Part shown: positions 12,713 through 28,759 of the stretch, piece after piece | How positions within the stretch are numbered: the stretch's first letter is position 1 | How the letters are laid out: every line of letters starts with the position of its first letter | Source: Octopus vulgaris | Taxonomy: Eukaryota | DNA length: 64,000 nt | Reading direction: 5' to 3' | Assembly (NCBI GenBank): GCA_951406725.2 | Contig: OX597823.1 | Span: forward strand, 87,792,001-87,856,000 | The notes under the pieces: generated by a model | Told to the model about the DNA's origin: nothing | What the model saw: only the letters and a program-made list of their open reading frames with translations | Database searches by the model: none | Made by a program: the position numbers and the translations under genes

Positions 12713-13522
12713 TTATATAAGATCGTTTATAAAGATTTGTACCTAAAAATTTGATGTACCATGTAAACAATCCGAGAAAAATAATAGGTGAACTGAGAGA
12801 AGATAATGGAAAGGAATGATAAAACATATACAATTATAAGAAAATAACAAAATGAAACCATCAAGGTATAATAAAATAAAACCAATAGCATTAATGTTAT
12901 TACCAACAAGAAAAGAACACGTACATATATATATATATATATGGAGCAGGGTAATAAATTGTTAGGCAGAGAACCAGACATATTAGTCATCAAATATATA
13001 TAGCAAGCACTATATTTGCTTCAGCAAATTTATAGCATCGACCTCTTCCTGCAACCATCTGCAGAATATTCAGGAAAAAAATAAAATGTTAAAAGGAATA
13101 AAAGGGGAAATGGTGCGTTTAAGTACCACTGTGTGTATAGTTAAATATGACATGTTCATCAGACAGAAATGTATGAATCGGCGAGAAAAATAAATGGAAT
13201 AAGTCTGTGAAAGAATTTTGAAACGTTGAAGTAAATATGTGTCAGTACACAGATAAGCATACAAACATATATATGTGTAAAAAATATATCTGTATATATA
13301 TGCACTCATATATACACATATATTATTGTATTCTATACGTATGTTTTTCTTCATCAATGATTTATTTTGTTCTTAGGCGATTATAACACGTATTTTGAAA
13401 AAAATATGTAGCAAATTCTCCCTCTTTTTCTCACTCTCTGTGTGTATGTACATATATACATACATACAATTGTGTACGTGTAAGTGCTTATGAGCATGTG
13501 TACGTATATATGTATTTCTGTA

Positions 13523-13562
<40 letters not shown>

Positions 13563-14001
13563 CACATATATATATATATATACATATTAGATATGCATGT
13601 ACGCCTGTGCTTTCGTATGCGTGCGTGTGTATGTATTCATCAATTCGCGTTAGTTTGGTTTTGGTTTTTCTCTGCCAAGTCCAAAATTAATCTACGTCGA
13701 TTTTGTCGTAATGTAATTCATGTATTCTTTTTTTCCTTAACTCTCTTTCTCACTAATGTGCATACTCTCAGTCCTGAGTAGACTCAATGACGCATCCATA
13801 CGGTTAATCCCATGGAGGTGATATATCCGGAACTTAGTGTGACGAAACTATGTTGATTCTGGCCACCATAGATGACGAGAAGTATTTTATGTGTATTTGT
13901 CGCTTTTCATAATGGTTCTCCATATCACCTCAATTTCACTTTCACTATACATACATGCATGAATGCATACAAACACAAACGCAGACATGTACTTATATAA
14001 A

Positions 14002-14048
<47 letters not shown>

Positions 14049-14155
14049 ATTAACACATCTTCAAATACAAACACACATATATGAGCATATATGTGTACAT
14101 ATGTGTATGTGCATAATCATCTATCTATGTATCTATCTATGTATCTATCTATCTA

Positions 14156-14222
<67 letters not shown>

Positions 14223-14269
14223 GTATGCATGTATCTATCTATCTATATATCTATCTATCTATGTATCTG

Positions 14270-14367
<98 letters not shown>

Positions 14368-15161
14368 TATAGATAGATAGATAGATAGATGTACACATGC
14401 ACACATATGTACACTTATATGCATATATTTGTGTTTGTATGCGTTTTCATTCACGGGTTGCTTAAAATTTCCCGTTTCCGAATGATTGTCTATAAGGTAG
14501 CAAGAACGATCAGTTTACATAAATTTTCTCATAAAACACCTTACGTGAATGATAGAATTTTATAGCATGTAATTCGACAGAGGCGCGAACCGTTGTTTTC
14601 GTGAATTTACTGTAAAGTGGGTAGGAAAAATAAAAGGCTTTAATTTTCATGTGAATAAACACACGCACAAAATCTCTCCACTTCCTTCTCTCTCTTGCTC
14701 TCTTTCTCTGCCTCCCACGCGTACAAACACTCATACACCTCCACACATTACCACATTCACACATTTGACGTACTCCTTGCCTTCGACTCACGAATGCTGT
14801 TTGAATAATTAAATCTAATTTGCTTGTAAAATAGATAGAAATATGCATATTTGAAAGCATGGAACAATGATATAAGTTAGATCAAACTGATGGATGAAGA
14901 AAGAAACTGAATAGGATGATCTATATATTGAATTAATTGGAAATAGCTGATGAATTTTCAAAAGCGATATAAAGGATAACGAAAATGTTAATAGAAACCA
15001 TATTTTAATAAGTGATATATATACATACATATATACATATATACATATATACTTACATACATACATATATACATACACAGACATGTTTGTGTAAATAATC
15101 ACACATACATGAATGCATATATATATATATATATATATGTATACATACACACACACACACT

Positions 15162-15197
<36 letters not shown>

Positions 15198-15511
15198 CAT
15201 ATGTAAGTATGTTTGTAGAGTGTATGATAAAAATTAGAATGGCAATTATGAATTACTCCATAAATACACACACACATCTACAAACATACACACGTTAGTG
15301 CATATTCTTTTAAAATATATTAATTTAGTAATAGCAAATGTTATCACGGTTGCACTTTAGAAGAGAAACGGGAAAGGATTGGATTCTGATGTACAATATA
15401 TAATTAAGCAAAACCAATACAAATTGAAAGACCTAATTTCAATAAAATCGCAATGAAATACGATAGACATAATAGAAGGTTATAAAAAAAAACAATATAG
15501 TAGACAAGATG

Positions 15512-16071
15512 GGTGGTGAGCTTTGCAGAATGGTTAGCACGCTGGACGAAATGCTTATCGGTATTTCGTCTGCAGCTTTCATCCTTTCGGGGTCGATAAA
15601 TTAAGTAGCAGTTACGAACTGGGGTCGATATAATCGACTTAATCCCATTTGTCCTTCTTTGTTCCCTCTGTGTTTAGCCCCTTTTGGGTAATAAAGAAAT
15701 AGGTATTTCGTCTGCAGCTACGTTCTGAGTGCAAATTCCGCCGAGGTCGATTTTGCATTTCATCCGTTCGGGGTCGATTAAATAAGTACAAGTTACGCTC
15801 TGGTGTCGATATAATCGACTTAATCCGTTTGTCTGTCCTTGTTTGTCCCCTCTGTGTTTAGCCCCTTGTGGGTAGTAAAGAAATAGGTATTTCGTCTGCC
15901 GTTATGTTCTGAGTTCAAATTCCGCCGATGTCGACTTTTCCTTTCATCTTTTCGGGGTCGAGGAATTAAATGCCAGTTGAGTACTGAGGTCGATCTAATC
16001 GACTTAATCTTTTTGTGTACGCCCTTGTTTGTCCCCTCTGTGTTTAACCCCTTGTGGTCAATAAAGAAATA
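15512..16071 (+). mobile_element. SINE family A with three tandem body units
   Basis: One head (GGTGGTGAGC..GCAGAATGGTTAGCACGC), then units beginning GGTATTTCGTCTGC at ~15560, 15702 and 15886, each ending AAAGAAATA. Confidence 0.85.
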
Positions 16072-16092
16072 AATATACTAGATGAGACAAAA

Positions 16093-16305
16093 TGGTGAAC
16101 TGGCAGAAATGTTAGCTAGCCGGGAAAGATGCTTAGCGGTGTTTCGTCTATCTTTACGTTCTGATTTCAAATTCTTCCGAGGTCGACTATGCCTTTTATC
16201 TTTTCGGGGTCGATAAAATATCTACCAGTTGATTACTGAGATCGATATAATCGAATTACCCTCATCTCCCGAAATCGCTGGCCTTATGCCAAAATTTGAA
16301 ACCAA
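16093..16305 (+). mobile_element. SINE family A copy
   Basis: TGGTGAACTGGCAGAAATGTTAGC...GAGGTCGACT..CCTTT.ATC.TTTCGGGGTCGATAAA. Confidence 0.8.
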
Positions 16306-17714
16306 TGTGCTTGACAAAATACTGCGAAGTATTGCAATCCATTATGATGAATAACTAGAATTGAAAAAAGTTGTTAAGAAAGCGTTGACACAGAGTACTG
16401 AAACAGTCGCAGTATTTTCTCTCTGAAATTATATTAAAAATGATATTATGCGTTAGGGTCCAAACGGTATTTAATTACGTGCTAAAATTTGTATGTGAAT
16501 TTATAAACAAGAGTTTATGAGAAAGTAGTACGAGAATGACACAGAGTAAGGCAAGGCCCATGCTTCAGCTTTTATATACAATCAGTACTTCCACAGCTTT
16601 TATATATAATCAAGCCTTCCACAACGTTTCCGTCTTCTCCATTCTATCCTCAAGATGGGAGGTACTTTTCTCGGTAAACTGCAATTGATCTGCCTCTGTA
16701 TTTTCATGTAATTCTTCTAAAGGCTGCAATTGTTCATTTTCCTTTGTTGTACAGCAAACTGAAGGGCGGGTCAAACTTTATAGGCTCTTACCAAACGTGT
16801 TTCCATTTTAATACTTCCACACATAAACGCAGTTGCCAACTTTGGACTCTCTCTTCCTCCTCCTCTTTCTCTCGTTCTTTCTCTTAATTGGTTAAATGAT
16901 TAACCAATTGAAAACTAAAAATAAAGAAGTGAAATAACACCAGTAAGTGTGTTTGCTATTAGAATCCTCAACAGACACAATAAAACAAACATCATTGATC
17001 CTTTACAATTAAGTATTACTGCACGTTTATAAATTTGAATTAAAACTTTTCTCTAAAACAAAATATTTTGAGCATCAGTATTATACTGTTGCTCAAAAGA
17101 AACTCTCACTTATAAAATGCTCGAAAGATGCTCTCGTTCATAAAATTTCCTCGGGGCCCGCTATATTTGTAACACATACGACCTTAAAACCTACACAATC
17201 AGTAGAACCTTGGAGTCAAGCAAAATACATTGCGGTACTTAATTACCTCCCTTTCATTACTCAGTTCTAATTTCCCTGGAACTGAATTTACAATATTCTA
17301 TAATATTATGTCCTCGAGAAAAGAAATACCAGTAATATACTGATGTCGATTATAGCTGTTATTTATCTCACTTATGGTTCCCTCGACGGCGATGTGCCGC
17401 TTTCAGAAACAAATATTAAATGTTACTTGAAGCAAAGATTTCGACATCCACTAAACGCATGCGGTGTGATATATCTTCAACGCGTTGACAAGTGAAATTA
17501 ATCGATGTAAGAGTTTCTAAAAAAAGTTTCATGCGCGCAAGTGTTTATTAGTATTTAGTTGTGAATGTGAATGTGTCTCGCGTGCGCATGTGGTACACAA
17601 ATAACGCGAGAATCTGTGCGCGTATGCAGCACTGTAATATGTATTAAATGTTATTTATTTTATAAATGTGTACAAATGTGCTGTTATGCGTTAGCAAGCA
17701 CATCTGATTGTCAG

Positions 17715-17774
<60 letters not shown>

Positions 17775-18914
17775 AATACATATATGTATATATATACATA
17801 CATATATATGTATATATGTGTGTGTGTATGTACGTATATATATATATATATATATACATGCATATGTATATATTTAAACACACGTGAGTGTGATTGGCGT
17901 GCGTGTCTACATACACTTCCAAGTATGATTGCTTCTTTATGCGCATGAGCTGTCATGCGCAAGGCGTGTTTGTGCCCGTATATGTACGTATGTCTATATC
18001 CGTGATTGAGCGATTTTGTGTATATTCTTGCGAATGCTCGAGTAAATAGATCCGCGTGTTTATTACTTTGTGTCTGTGGTTGTGGTTGGGTGTTGGCCCT
18101 TTCATTTTATCAGAAATATATTTTCCAATACAGATGACAATGAATTATATTTATCTCCGTTGGATAAATAACCTCACTGTGAACCCCTTCAAGGTTATTC
18201 CATCATTTATCCTAGGTTATTTATAAAGAAACACAAGAACATATACGCGTAATATTAAGAAATATAAAAAAAAATCGTAGAAAGAGCAAACAGAAAAATG
18301 AAAAATAATTAAAAAATGAAAATCAATGTCGTTGTAGAATAAATTTTAATTATCTTCATTATAAATTAAAAACAAAATAAAAGAAAATATACACAAGATA
18401 AATGATTGAAGGCATCTTATGTTTATTTAAGTTTCTGATTTTAACATTATTTTTTTCCTCTTTCATTATTACTTGTGGGTGCGTGGAGCGGCAAAACGGT
18501 TGCGCGTTTGAGAGAATGAGTCAGCGTATTTAGGCATGCTGGTTTATGATCTGAAGTGAAATTTGCCTTTCATCCAGTGGGGCAGAGGTTAATAAACATA
18601 CTATTAATCAAAAGCCGGAGGTCAATTAAATTATGAACCCACGCCCCACGGAACGTTTCAGGCCATTAACAATGTTCAAAATCGGAGGAGTCTTCAGAGC
18701 AACGTGATAAAATACCTCACGTTAATTAATAAAAGACCTTAATGTTCCCAATTACAAATCTGCACGGGAAACTGCTTTGTTTTCTATCCACCCGTGGTCG
18801 ATGTAACAAAGTAACGATCAGGATCTGTTGTCATCAACTGATCGTTCCCTACAAAACTTCAACTCTTGTGCGTATAAGTGTTCGGTAAAAATCTCTCCCT
18901 ACTATAAATGACAT

Positions 18915-19300
18915 TCTTTTCTGCTTTAGGTACGAGGCCCAACATTTTGGCGGATGGAGCCAGTCCATTATATCAACCCACGTGCGTAACTGCTACTTAT
19001 TTAATAGACCCCCGAAAGGATGAATGGCAAAGTCGATCTCGGCGGATTTGAACTCAGAACGTAACGGCATACGAAATACCGCTCAGCATTTCGCCCGGCG
19101 TGATAGCGTTTCTGCCAGCTCGCCGCCTCCTAACATAATATATTCTTTTCTAGTCTAGGCACAAGGCTCGAAATTTTGGGGGAGGGAGCCAATAGATTAG
19201 GTCGACCTTAGTACGCAACTGGTACTAAATTTATCGACCCCGAAAGTATGAAAGGCAAAGTCGACCCCTAACTGCTAACATTTTTGCCAGCTCGCCGCCT
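18915..19300 (-). mobile_element. Two adjacent SINE family A copies
   Basis: Both end (plus strand) in TGCCAGCTCGCCGCC at ~19127 and ~19299; the second is internally deleted. Confidence 0.8.
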
Positions 19301-19514
19301 TACCGACCATAAATGATATTAACAGTATTATGATAATGGTTTGGCAAAATATTTAGAATATCACACGAAAAAGAACTTCGGTATTATGCACGGCTCCAAC
19401 TGAGATAAAATTTGCCTTTGATTTTTCGAAGATCGATAAATGCAAGCAGCTGTCAAGTATCGTCTGTTCGGTCTCCTCCGAAACCAATGATATAAAATGT
19501 TTTATCTATCATCG

Positions 19515-19650
19515 TGCCTCTTATTTTTCGAGCACTTTCTGGAGTATTAGAGATGTTCCAAGCAGCACTGTTTTCTGCAAGTATTCCACCCTTATTGCAG
19601 CCCCTATTTGTTCCACGTACTTCTCGTGACTTTTGCTCACTGTTCCGAAA
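19515..19650 (-). mobile_element. Dong/R4-like LINE 3' fragment next to (TAA)n
   Basis: Minus strand GAGAAGTACGTGGAACAAATAGGGGCTGCAATAAGGGTGGAATACTTGCAGAAAACAG matches 23367-23425 (EKY.E.IGAAI..E.LQKT). Confidence 0.7.
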
Positions 19651-19670
19651 GGATATTATTATTATTATTA

Positions 19671-19722
<52 letters not shown>

Positions 19723-20099
19723 CGCCATCATAACTATTATTACCATTATTCTTATTAAGGCACTGTGCTGGCAGAATCGTTAGACCCCTCACTGTACAAA
19801 ATGTTAAGTGGCATTTCGGCCGTCTTTACATTCTGAGCTGAAATTCCGCCGGTGGCGAAATTGCTTTTCATCCTTCCGGGGCTGAAAAATAAGTAGCAGT
19901 CAACAATAAGGTGGGTGCCAAGTGGATTCAGTAAGATATATATAATGAGTTTTCTTTTATCGGCACAATGCCTGAAATTTTGTGAGAAGGGACTAGTTTC
20001 TGGCTGGTACTTATTATATTGACCATGATACGATGAAAGGCAAAACCGACCACGAGAGTATTTGAACTCACAACCGTACGACAGACAAAATGCCGCTCA

Positions 20100-21418
20100 T
20101 ATGGATACAAAGGTCAACTTCTAATCAATTTCGTGACTGATTATATAAAGGCCTTTGACAGCATACTGCATTCATGGATCTTGAAGTCGCTGGATATCTT
20201 CAAAATTTCTCCTGTAATTTCAGACTTCCTGAAACACATGACAGTGTGGAATACGAACCTCCAATTATACTATTGTAATGGAGTATAGACTTCAAACAAT
20301 ATTAATATCAACTATGACATTTGACAAGGTGACTCACTTTCACTTCTTTTTTTTTTGCGTAGACCTAATATCTCTTACGAGTGAACTTAATAGAACAGGG
20401 TATGAGTATAAAATCGACAAGAAAATGCGTCAGAAAGTTACTGTTTGTAAATCATCTCATAACGAGAGATATTCAGCAACAGTACTTTGGAATGACGATT
20501 GTTTGCCAACCTAAAATGGCACTGCTGGTTTAGGACGAATGTTGCTGTAATTGTATAAGGATGTTGCTGTAATATAAGGACACAGATCGTGTCATATTGC
20601 CAGCTGGAGACAATGTCTCCTGGGGCTAAATTACAGCAACAATCATCCTAAACCAGGACTGCAACGTTTTGTTGGCAAACAGGCTTTACTCCAAGAAAAT
20701 AAGTCATCTATTTTATATGAATGATTTAAAACTCTGTAATAATGACAATAATGAGCTTAAAGGCCTAATACATACTGCTAAAGCATTCAGTGATGACATC
20801 AAGATGGAATTTGGTCGTGATAAATGTGCCAAGGTCACTTTCCTTAAAGACAGATTAATGACCTCACATCCAACGGTGTTAGATGTTGACACCGTTATAA
20901 GATAACTTGAGCAGGAACAAACGTACAAATACCTCGGAATAAATGAGGGCCCTGGCATTCAGCATGCAAGCATGAAAGAGAAGATCAGAAAAGAATGTTA
21001 CTGGAGAGTTCGAGCAGTCCTGAAATTTGAGTTTAATACCCATAAGAAAGTGTTAACCATAAATTCTTTAGCAGTTTCAGTTGTTATTTATAGTTTCCAT
21101 GTATTGAACTTGAATATCAGCGAAATAAAGAAAATTTACAGGAAAATCCGTAAGCTGCTGACCTGCAATGAGATGAATCGCCGAAAGGCAGACGCAGATC
21201 CCATGAAAAATCGAAGCGTCATCCAACTTGAAATCTCTTACAAGACCATCACAAATGAACTAACCAAATATCTACAAACATCTAACGACTGGATGCTAAA
21301 ACACGTTGAAAACTACGAGAGACGTAAGAAGCTTCATTCTATCTCGAAGGAGAGCAACACATTTGCCAGTGAGTTCATGCATGATATCCAGGTTGAACAG
21401 CATGAGAGAATTAATTAG
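20100..21418 (+). mobile_element. Dong/R4-like LINE RT fragment 1 (pseudogenised, interrupted by an insertion)
   Basis: DYIKAFDSILHSWI, QGDSLS.LLF, KKISHLFYMNDLKL (YMDD-equivalent), DIKMEFGRDKCA, YKYLGI, KEKIRKECYWRVRAVLK. Confidence 0.85.
20427..20691. mobile_element. 265-bp insertion with 9-bp target-site duplication and internal inverted repeat
   Basis: CAAGAAAAT at 20418-20426 and 20692-20700; inverted arms 20500-20553 / 20629-20681. Confidence 0.75.
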
Positions 21419-21419
21419 C

Positions 21420-22865
21420 TGTAGCATGAAGAAATGGAAAGTAGATCTCTAGTCAGGTGACACGTTCTTAGGAAAGTTAATATCAAGAGAGGAATTTTCC
21501 AGGGGGACTCGTTGTCCCCTTTAATGTTTGTCTTATGTATGATCACCCACAGTTTAGTATTAAGAAAGGTAAATGCAGGGTACCAGTTCAGAAACAGTAA
21601 GGGAAAATTAATCATTTGCTCTACATGGATGATCAGAAGCTTTTTAGTAAGAATGAAAAAGCATAGATTCCTTAATACAGACTGGAAGACACTTTATAAA
21701 AGATATATGCATGGAACATGGCAGAGACAGGTGTGCAAATTTAGTAAAGAATAGGCGACAGGTAGTCAACAGCGAAGGTATCCAATTACCAGATGGCCAG
21801 ACATTAAAATCATTGAAAAGAGGAAAGAGTTGTGAGTATCCAGGTGTATTAGAATCGGACAGGGTACTAACTACAGAAATAAAAACAAAAATTGAGAAGG
21901 AGTGCGTCAGAAGGGTAAGGAAGCTAATGGAGACAAAGCTAAATGGTTCGAATTTCGTGAAGGCTGTAAATACTGGGGCAATGTCATCGCTTAGATACTC
22001 AGCGGGTTTTGTAGAGTGGACAAAAACTGAATTAGCAAAAAATAGTCAGAAGAACTAGAAAGGAATTCAATATAGGCAGGAGTAGCAAAATTATACCTTC
22101 CTAGAAAGGAAGATGGAAGAGGTTTAATATCAGTAGAAAACTGCGTAGAGTTAGCTAGAATAGATAAGACTCCTATATAGGTAATAGTGAAGAAAATTTA
22201 TTAAAAGCTGCTAGAGTCACTGCAGGACATAGGGAAACCAGAAAAAAGAACATAAATTAACTTACTGACAGGAGACGGCGCTGCATGGTAGATTCCCAAC
22301 GACAGTTGCAGTAAATAGTAGTAGTGAGACATGGTTATGCTTGTAGAAATGAAAGCTGAAGAGGGAGACAGAAAGTTCGTTTGTAGCTGCACAAGATCGA
22401 CCATTAAGGACCATAAAGATAAAAGCCAAGATAGACAAAAACCAAGTATTTTCACAACGTATATTATGCAAATCAAAAGAGGAAAGCATTAGTCACATTG
22501 TACGTGAATGTAGCATGCTGGCTCAGAAAGAATACCAGAAAAGACATTACAACCTAGGGAGATTAATCTATTTAAAGCTATGTAGAAAGCTAGCATGTGA
22601 AAATACTGATAAATTGTATGAAAAAGAACCTGGTAAAGTACTAGAAAGTAAGAAATACAAGATGTAGGACTTTAACATTCAGGCTGACTGAGTAATAGAA
22701 GCAAAAGTTCTAATTTGGTAGTTGTAGATAAAGAGAATAGAAAGTGCCAGATAATTGAGTTTACAATCCCAAATGATGAAGAAATTAATGCGAGAAGTAT
22801 AGAAAAAATAGCAAGGTACCAGGATCTAGCTATTGAATTACAAAGGCTATGGAAAGTGTGGGTAA
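21420..22865 (+). mobile_element. Dong/R4-like LINE fragment 2 (RT to endonuclease)
   Basis: RGIFQGDSLSPLMFVL, NHLLYMDD, VAAQD, CKSKEESISHIVREC..LAQKEYQKRH, IIEFTIPND...EKIARYQDLAIELQRLW; many frameshifts. Confidence 0.85.
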
Positions 22866-23548
22866 AATGTTCTGCCCAAGAATAAGCATTAAGAACCAAT
22901 TGCATCAAATAGAGAATAGACAACACATCAGAAGTGATAAGTGCAGAGTTTGTGGACAAAATGGTGAAAGCGTATGGTATATTACCATTGTACGCCATTG
23001 GTCTAGAAAGAATATAAGAGACGTTATGACAATATAGCAAAATAGTATATTGGACACTTTGCGATAAGTATGGACTTGAGAGAGCAAAAATGTGGTACGA
23101 ACATAAACTCGAAGACATCATCGAAAATGATAATGCGAAGATCCTATGAGATTTTATGATTCAGTGCGACCATGAAATTGAGAAAAGGAAACCGGACATA
23201 GTGTTAATTGAGAAAGAAAGCAAACGATGCTGGATCGTAGACAACAAGGTATGCGATAAGGAAAAAAGAGAAGTCGATAGATATAACAGGTTGGCCTGGG
23301 AGGTTAAGCAGTTGTGGTCGCTGTACCAATAATTGTCGGAGCCCTAGGAACCGTGAGTAAAATTCTAGAGAAGTACATGGAAAAAATAGGAGCTGCAATA
23401 AGTGTGGAACACTTGCAGAAAACAGCACTGATTTGAACCGCTCAAATACCCCAACTTGCTTGAATAATAAGGGGTGTTACCTCGGTTCACTGGTAGTGAA
23501 CATCTGACACCGTAGTACATCTATAGTGTTAGAAGCTGTGCAAAGACA
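22866..23548 (+). mobile_element. Dong/R4-like LINE fragment 3 (Zn knuckle, RLE, 3' UTR)
   Basis: SAQE.ALRTN, DKCRVCGQNGESVWYI, KEYKRRYDNIAKIVYW.LC, KRKPDIVLIEK, VGALGTV, LQKTAL. Confidence 0.85.
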
Positions 23549-23587
23549 AGAAGAAGAAGAAGAAGAAGAAGAAGAAGAAGAAGAAGA

Positions 23588-23620
<33 letters not shown>

Positions 23621-23624
23621 CAGA

Positions 23625-23992
23625 GCGAGAAACTGTCAGATCATTGATGTAGCCAAAGCAGATGACATGAATGTCGTGAGGAAAGAGGATGAAAAACCAA
23701 CAAGTACTCCGAATTGAAATTGGAAATGGCAAGACTGTATGGAATGCGCGAGAGTAACATCAGTGATGAGAGTGATACCAGTGATGATTGCAGAGTTGGG
23801 AACAATTCGATTGAAACTTCAAAACTTCTTAAGGCAACTGGAATTCCCATGCAAGATTGATGTCTTGCAAAAAGCAGCCTTATTGGGCACAGTGCACATC
23901 ATAAGGAAAGTATTATCTGTCTGAGATCCTTGTTGTGACTTGACAGATGACTAAAGAGTTGGTGCATTTTTACCTACACTGTGTTACGAAGG
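23625..23992 (+). mobile_element. Dong/R4-like LINE fragment 4 (RLE end, 3' UTR) followed by (AAT)n
   Basis: CQIIDVAKADDMNVVRKEDEK..KYSELKLEMARLY..VIPVMI..LQKAALLGTVHIIRKVLSV*. Confidence 0.8.
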
Positions 23993-23996
23993 AATA

Positions 23997-24778
<782 letters not shown>

Positions 24779-25407
24779 AAGCAGAAAAGAAGAAGAACAA
24801 CAACAACAAACGAATGAGAAGAGCTTGTACACTGTTGACTAACTCTGTAAAGTAGACACATTAAATAAACACTAACAAACACACACACATTCGAACGCGC
24901 CCATGTTAGGTTTTTTCAAAGGAATTGGGAATGTACAACTATGAATGATACACAGCGACAGTGGATTTGCAATGTTAAGTCCGTTGACGATCGGTTGCCT
25001 TCATCAAAGATTTATTTGAGGCGAAACAAGTGAAAGAATGTAAAAAAGAATTACAGCAGGAAAATTAATTAAAAAATTTGAGTAAAATAATGAATTGTCC
25101 CCGAAAGAATGCAACACAAATAAATAAATAAATAAATCTTAAAATATTAATATCACCAATTAGAAAATCTTCGACCATCTCCTCTTCTATATTTCATTAA
25201 TGTACTTGAAAATAACATGTTTTTTCTTTCAATCCTTGCTTCTCAATATCTTTGAAATCAAAGTCCCCAGTTAATTTCGGATTTCTTAATCATGTCCAAC
25301 TGTTTCATTCATCAATGACGTTCGCCATCTTCTTTTGTAAAACTCTTTGTGCCTCGTTTTCGTCTCACACCAGCCTCTCTTTTTCTCCTTCTCTCTCTGT
25401 ACCCACC

Positions 25408-25441
<34 letters not shown>

Positions 25442-25799
25442 AGTCGTCACTACTTGTTCTACTTTTTCAACCTTTGTCTGTGTCTCTCATTTCATAATCC
25501 TCTCTTTGTAAGTCTTCTATTAATTTCTCGTTGCATCGCTATATGTTTCTTGTGTCCAATTAAATATTTCATTGTGTCTGTGGGTTTGAAATTTCATCAA
25601 AGAAATTGTAAAGAGAAAATCAAAAAGCAAGGACAGAATCAGCAGAAAAAGCAAAACAATAGAACAGGTTTGAATGAAATACCAACAAGTTCATCGAACA
25701 AGTGGATATGTATGTGTAACTGAAGATGTGTACGTCACTATAAGGTGTACTTGGATATATGCAAATAAGTCACCGTAAGTTTACGTGCGTCTTTATGCG

Positions 25800-26665
<866 letters not shown>

Positions 26666-27589
26666 ACTAATAATTACTGATGTCGATACACGTACGGATG
26701 TAAGGGGATTTCTGTCAATGTAGAATTATGTATATTAGTATAACTGTCAGCGTATATGTTTCTAAGAGTGCAGACGGTGCGTATGTTCGCTCGAACGAAT
26801 ACGAATGTACAGATGCGTAAACTTGTAAGTATGTGTGCTCTAACAGTGTAGAAAACAGCCAGAAAATTGCACCCATAAGAGAATGCAATTCCAATTGTTC
26901 GTTTGCCTGTGTGGCAGAATAAATTAGAGTGTCGGATAAATACGTGGAACATTGCTTTTGTCGTTTTCGGAGTTCTGAGTTCAAATCTTATACAAATTAC
27001 TAAACCCACTAAAAAATAACCCAGTGGTTATGCTTCTTGATGGCAGCTCACCTAGCTAGAAGTAGTAGCAAAATAACGCTAATATTACCTGAACCTTCCT
27101 GTGAAAACATGGATGCTCACATTCAGAAATACAATCATAGGACATGTTAAGATTATTTCTACAGATTTCTCTATAGCAATTAAAGCCAGCACTGATTTGC
27201 TACGATGTTTCATATTCGAATAAATGTAATGCAGACAACAATTCAATCGAAGATGTAAGAATGGGTAATGGGTGTGTATGTCATAATTCTGGAGTTCTTT
27301 CTCTTTCTTCAACACCGAATCCTGCCCATTGACCACCAACGAACTCATTGCGATCTGATATTATTGGATATGCCATCTTTACATATTAAAGACATTCCTG
27401 GCAGCTTCTACGTAAATATTAATGAATATTAGGGACACCGTATTTCGTTATGCCACGATAACATGCTATAAAATATAAGAAACATTTTTATAAATCAATA
27501 CCATATTCTACTGTGTTAGCCTTGCTATTAAATCACTTGCTAAGGATATCTCTATAGATTTTCAAAAAAAATTTTAATCAGCACTGATT

Positions 27590-27922
<333 letters not shown>

Positions 27923-28551
27923 TGGGCATATGAGAACCCAGATTCGAAATTTCCACAAGACAGCTATGATTTACAGTCATAAACTGTTCATTTGGAAAGT
28001 AGTAATTGCTGACCACGAAAGTTTTATATTGCATTTGAGAACTTTATTCATTATTTGGTTTTGCAAGAAAGTGTCATTTTTCAGAACAACCAATGTCGCT
28101 CCACATAGGAACCAGAAATTTTCTGTCTAATCAACTTGATGTCAGGCAAATCAGAACGCGAACTAGATAAGTAATGTCTCTAGTTATATGGAAAGTACAA
28201 ATGTCAGATAAAACACATTATTTTCTTCTCGTTTTGATTCGTCAGAAAGCAATGCACTTTTCGAGATGATAATAAACAATGTAACAGTTGCGACATAGGG
28301 GACGACCATAATTACCAGGTTATCTGAAATATATGCTCAAGCTTGCTGACAAGTCATACGTAAACACACAAGCCCACATACGCACATATAAGCACGTATA
28401 TCTGACATGTATATATTATATGCGCATATATGTGTACACAAGCATGCATATACACACATGAACACATACATACGCCTCTCTCCCCCTCTCTCTCTTTGTA
28501 CACACACACATATAAATAGATAGATTGATAAATGCATATTTATGTATATAT

Positions 28552-28603
<52 letters not shown>

Positions 28604-28652
28604 TATTTATATATATATAAATATATATATATATATACGTATATATACATAC

Positions 28653-28759
<107 letters not shown>

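Noticed and set aside
15560-16071. Regularly repeated units suggesting a CRISPR-like array
   Set aside because: Units are ~140-185-bp SINE bodies with no unique spacers, in a eukaryotic context with no cas genes.
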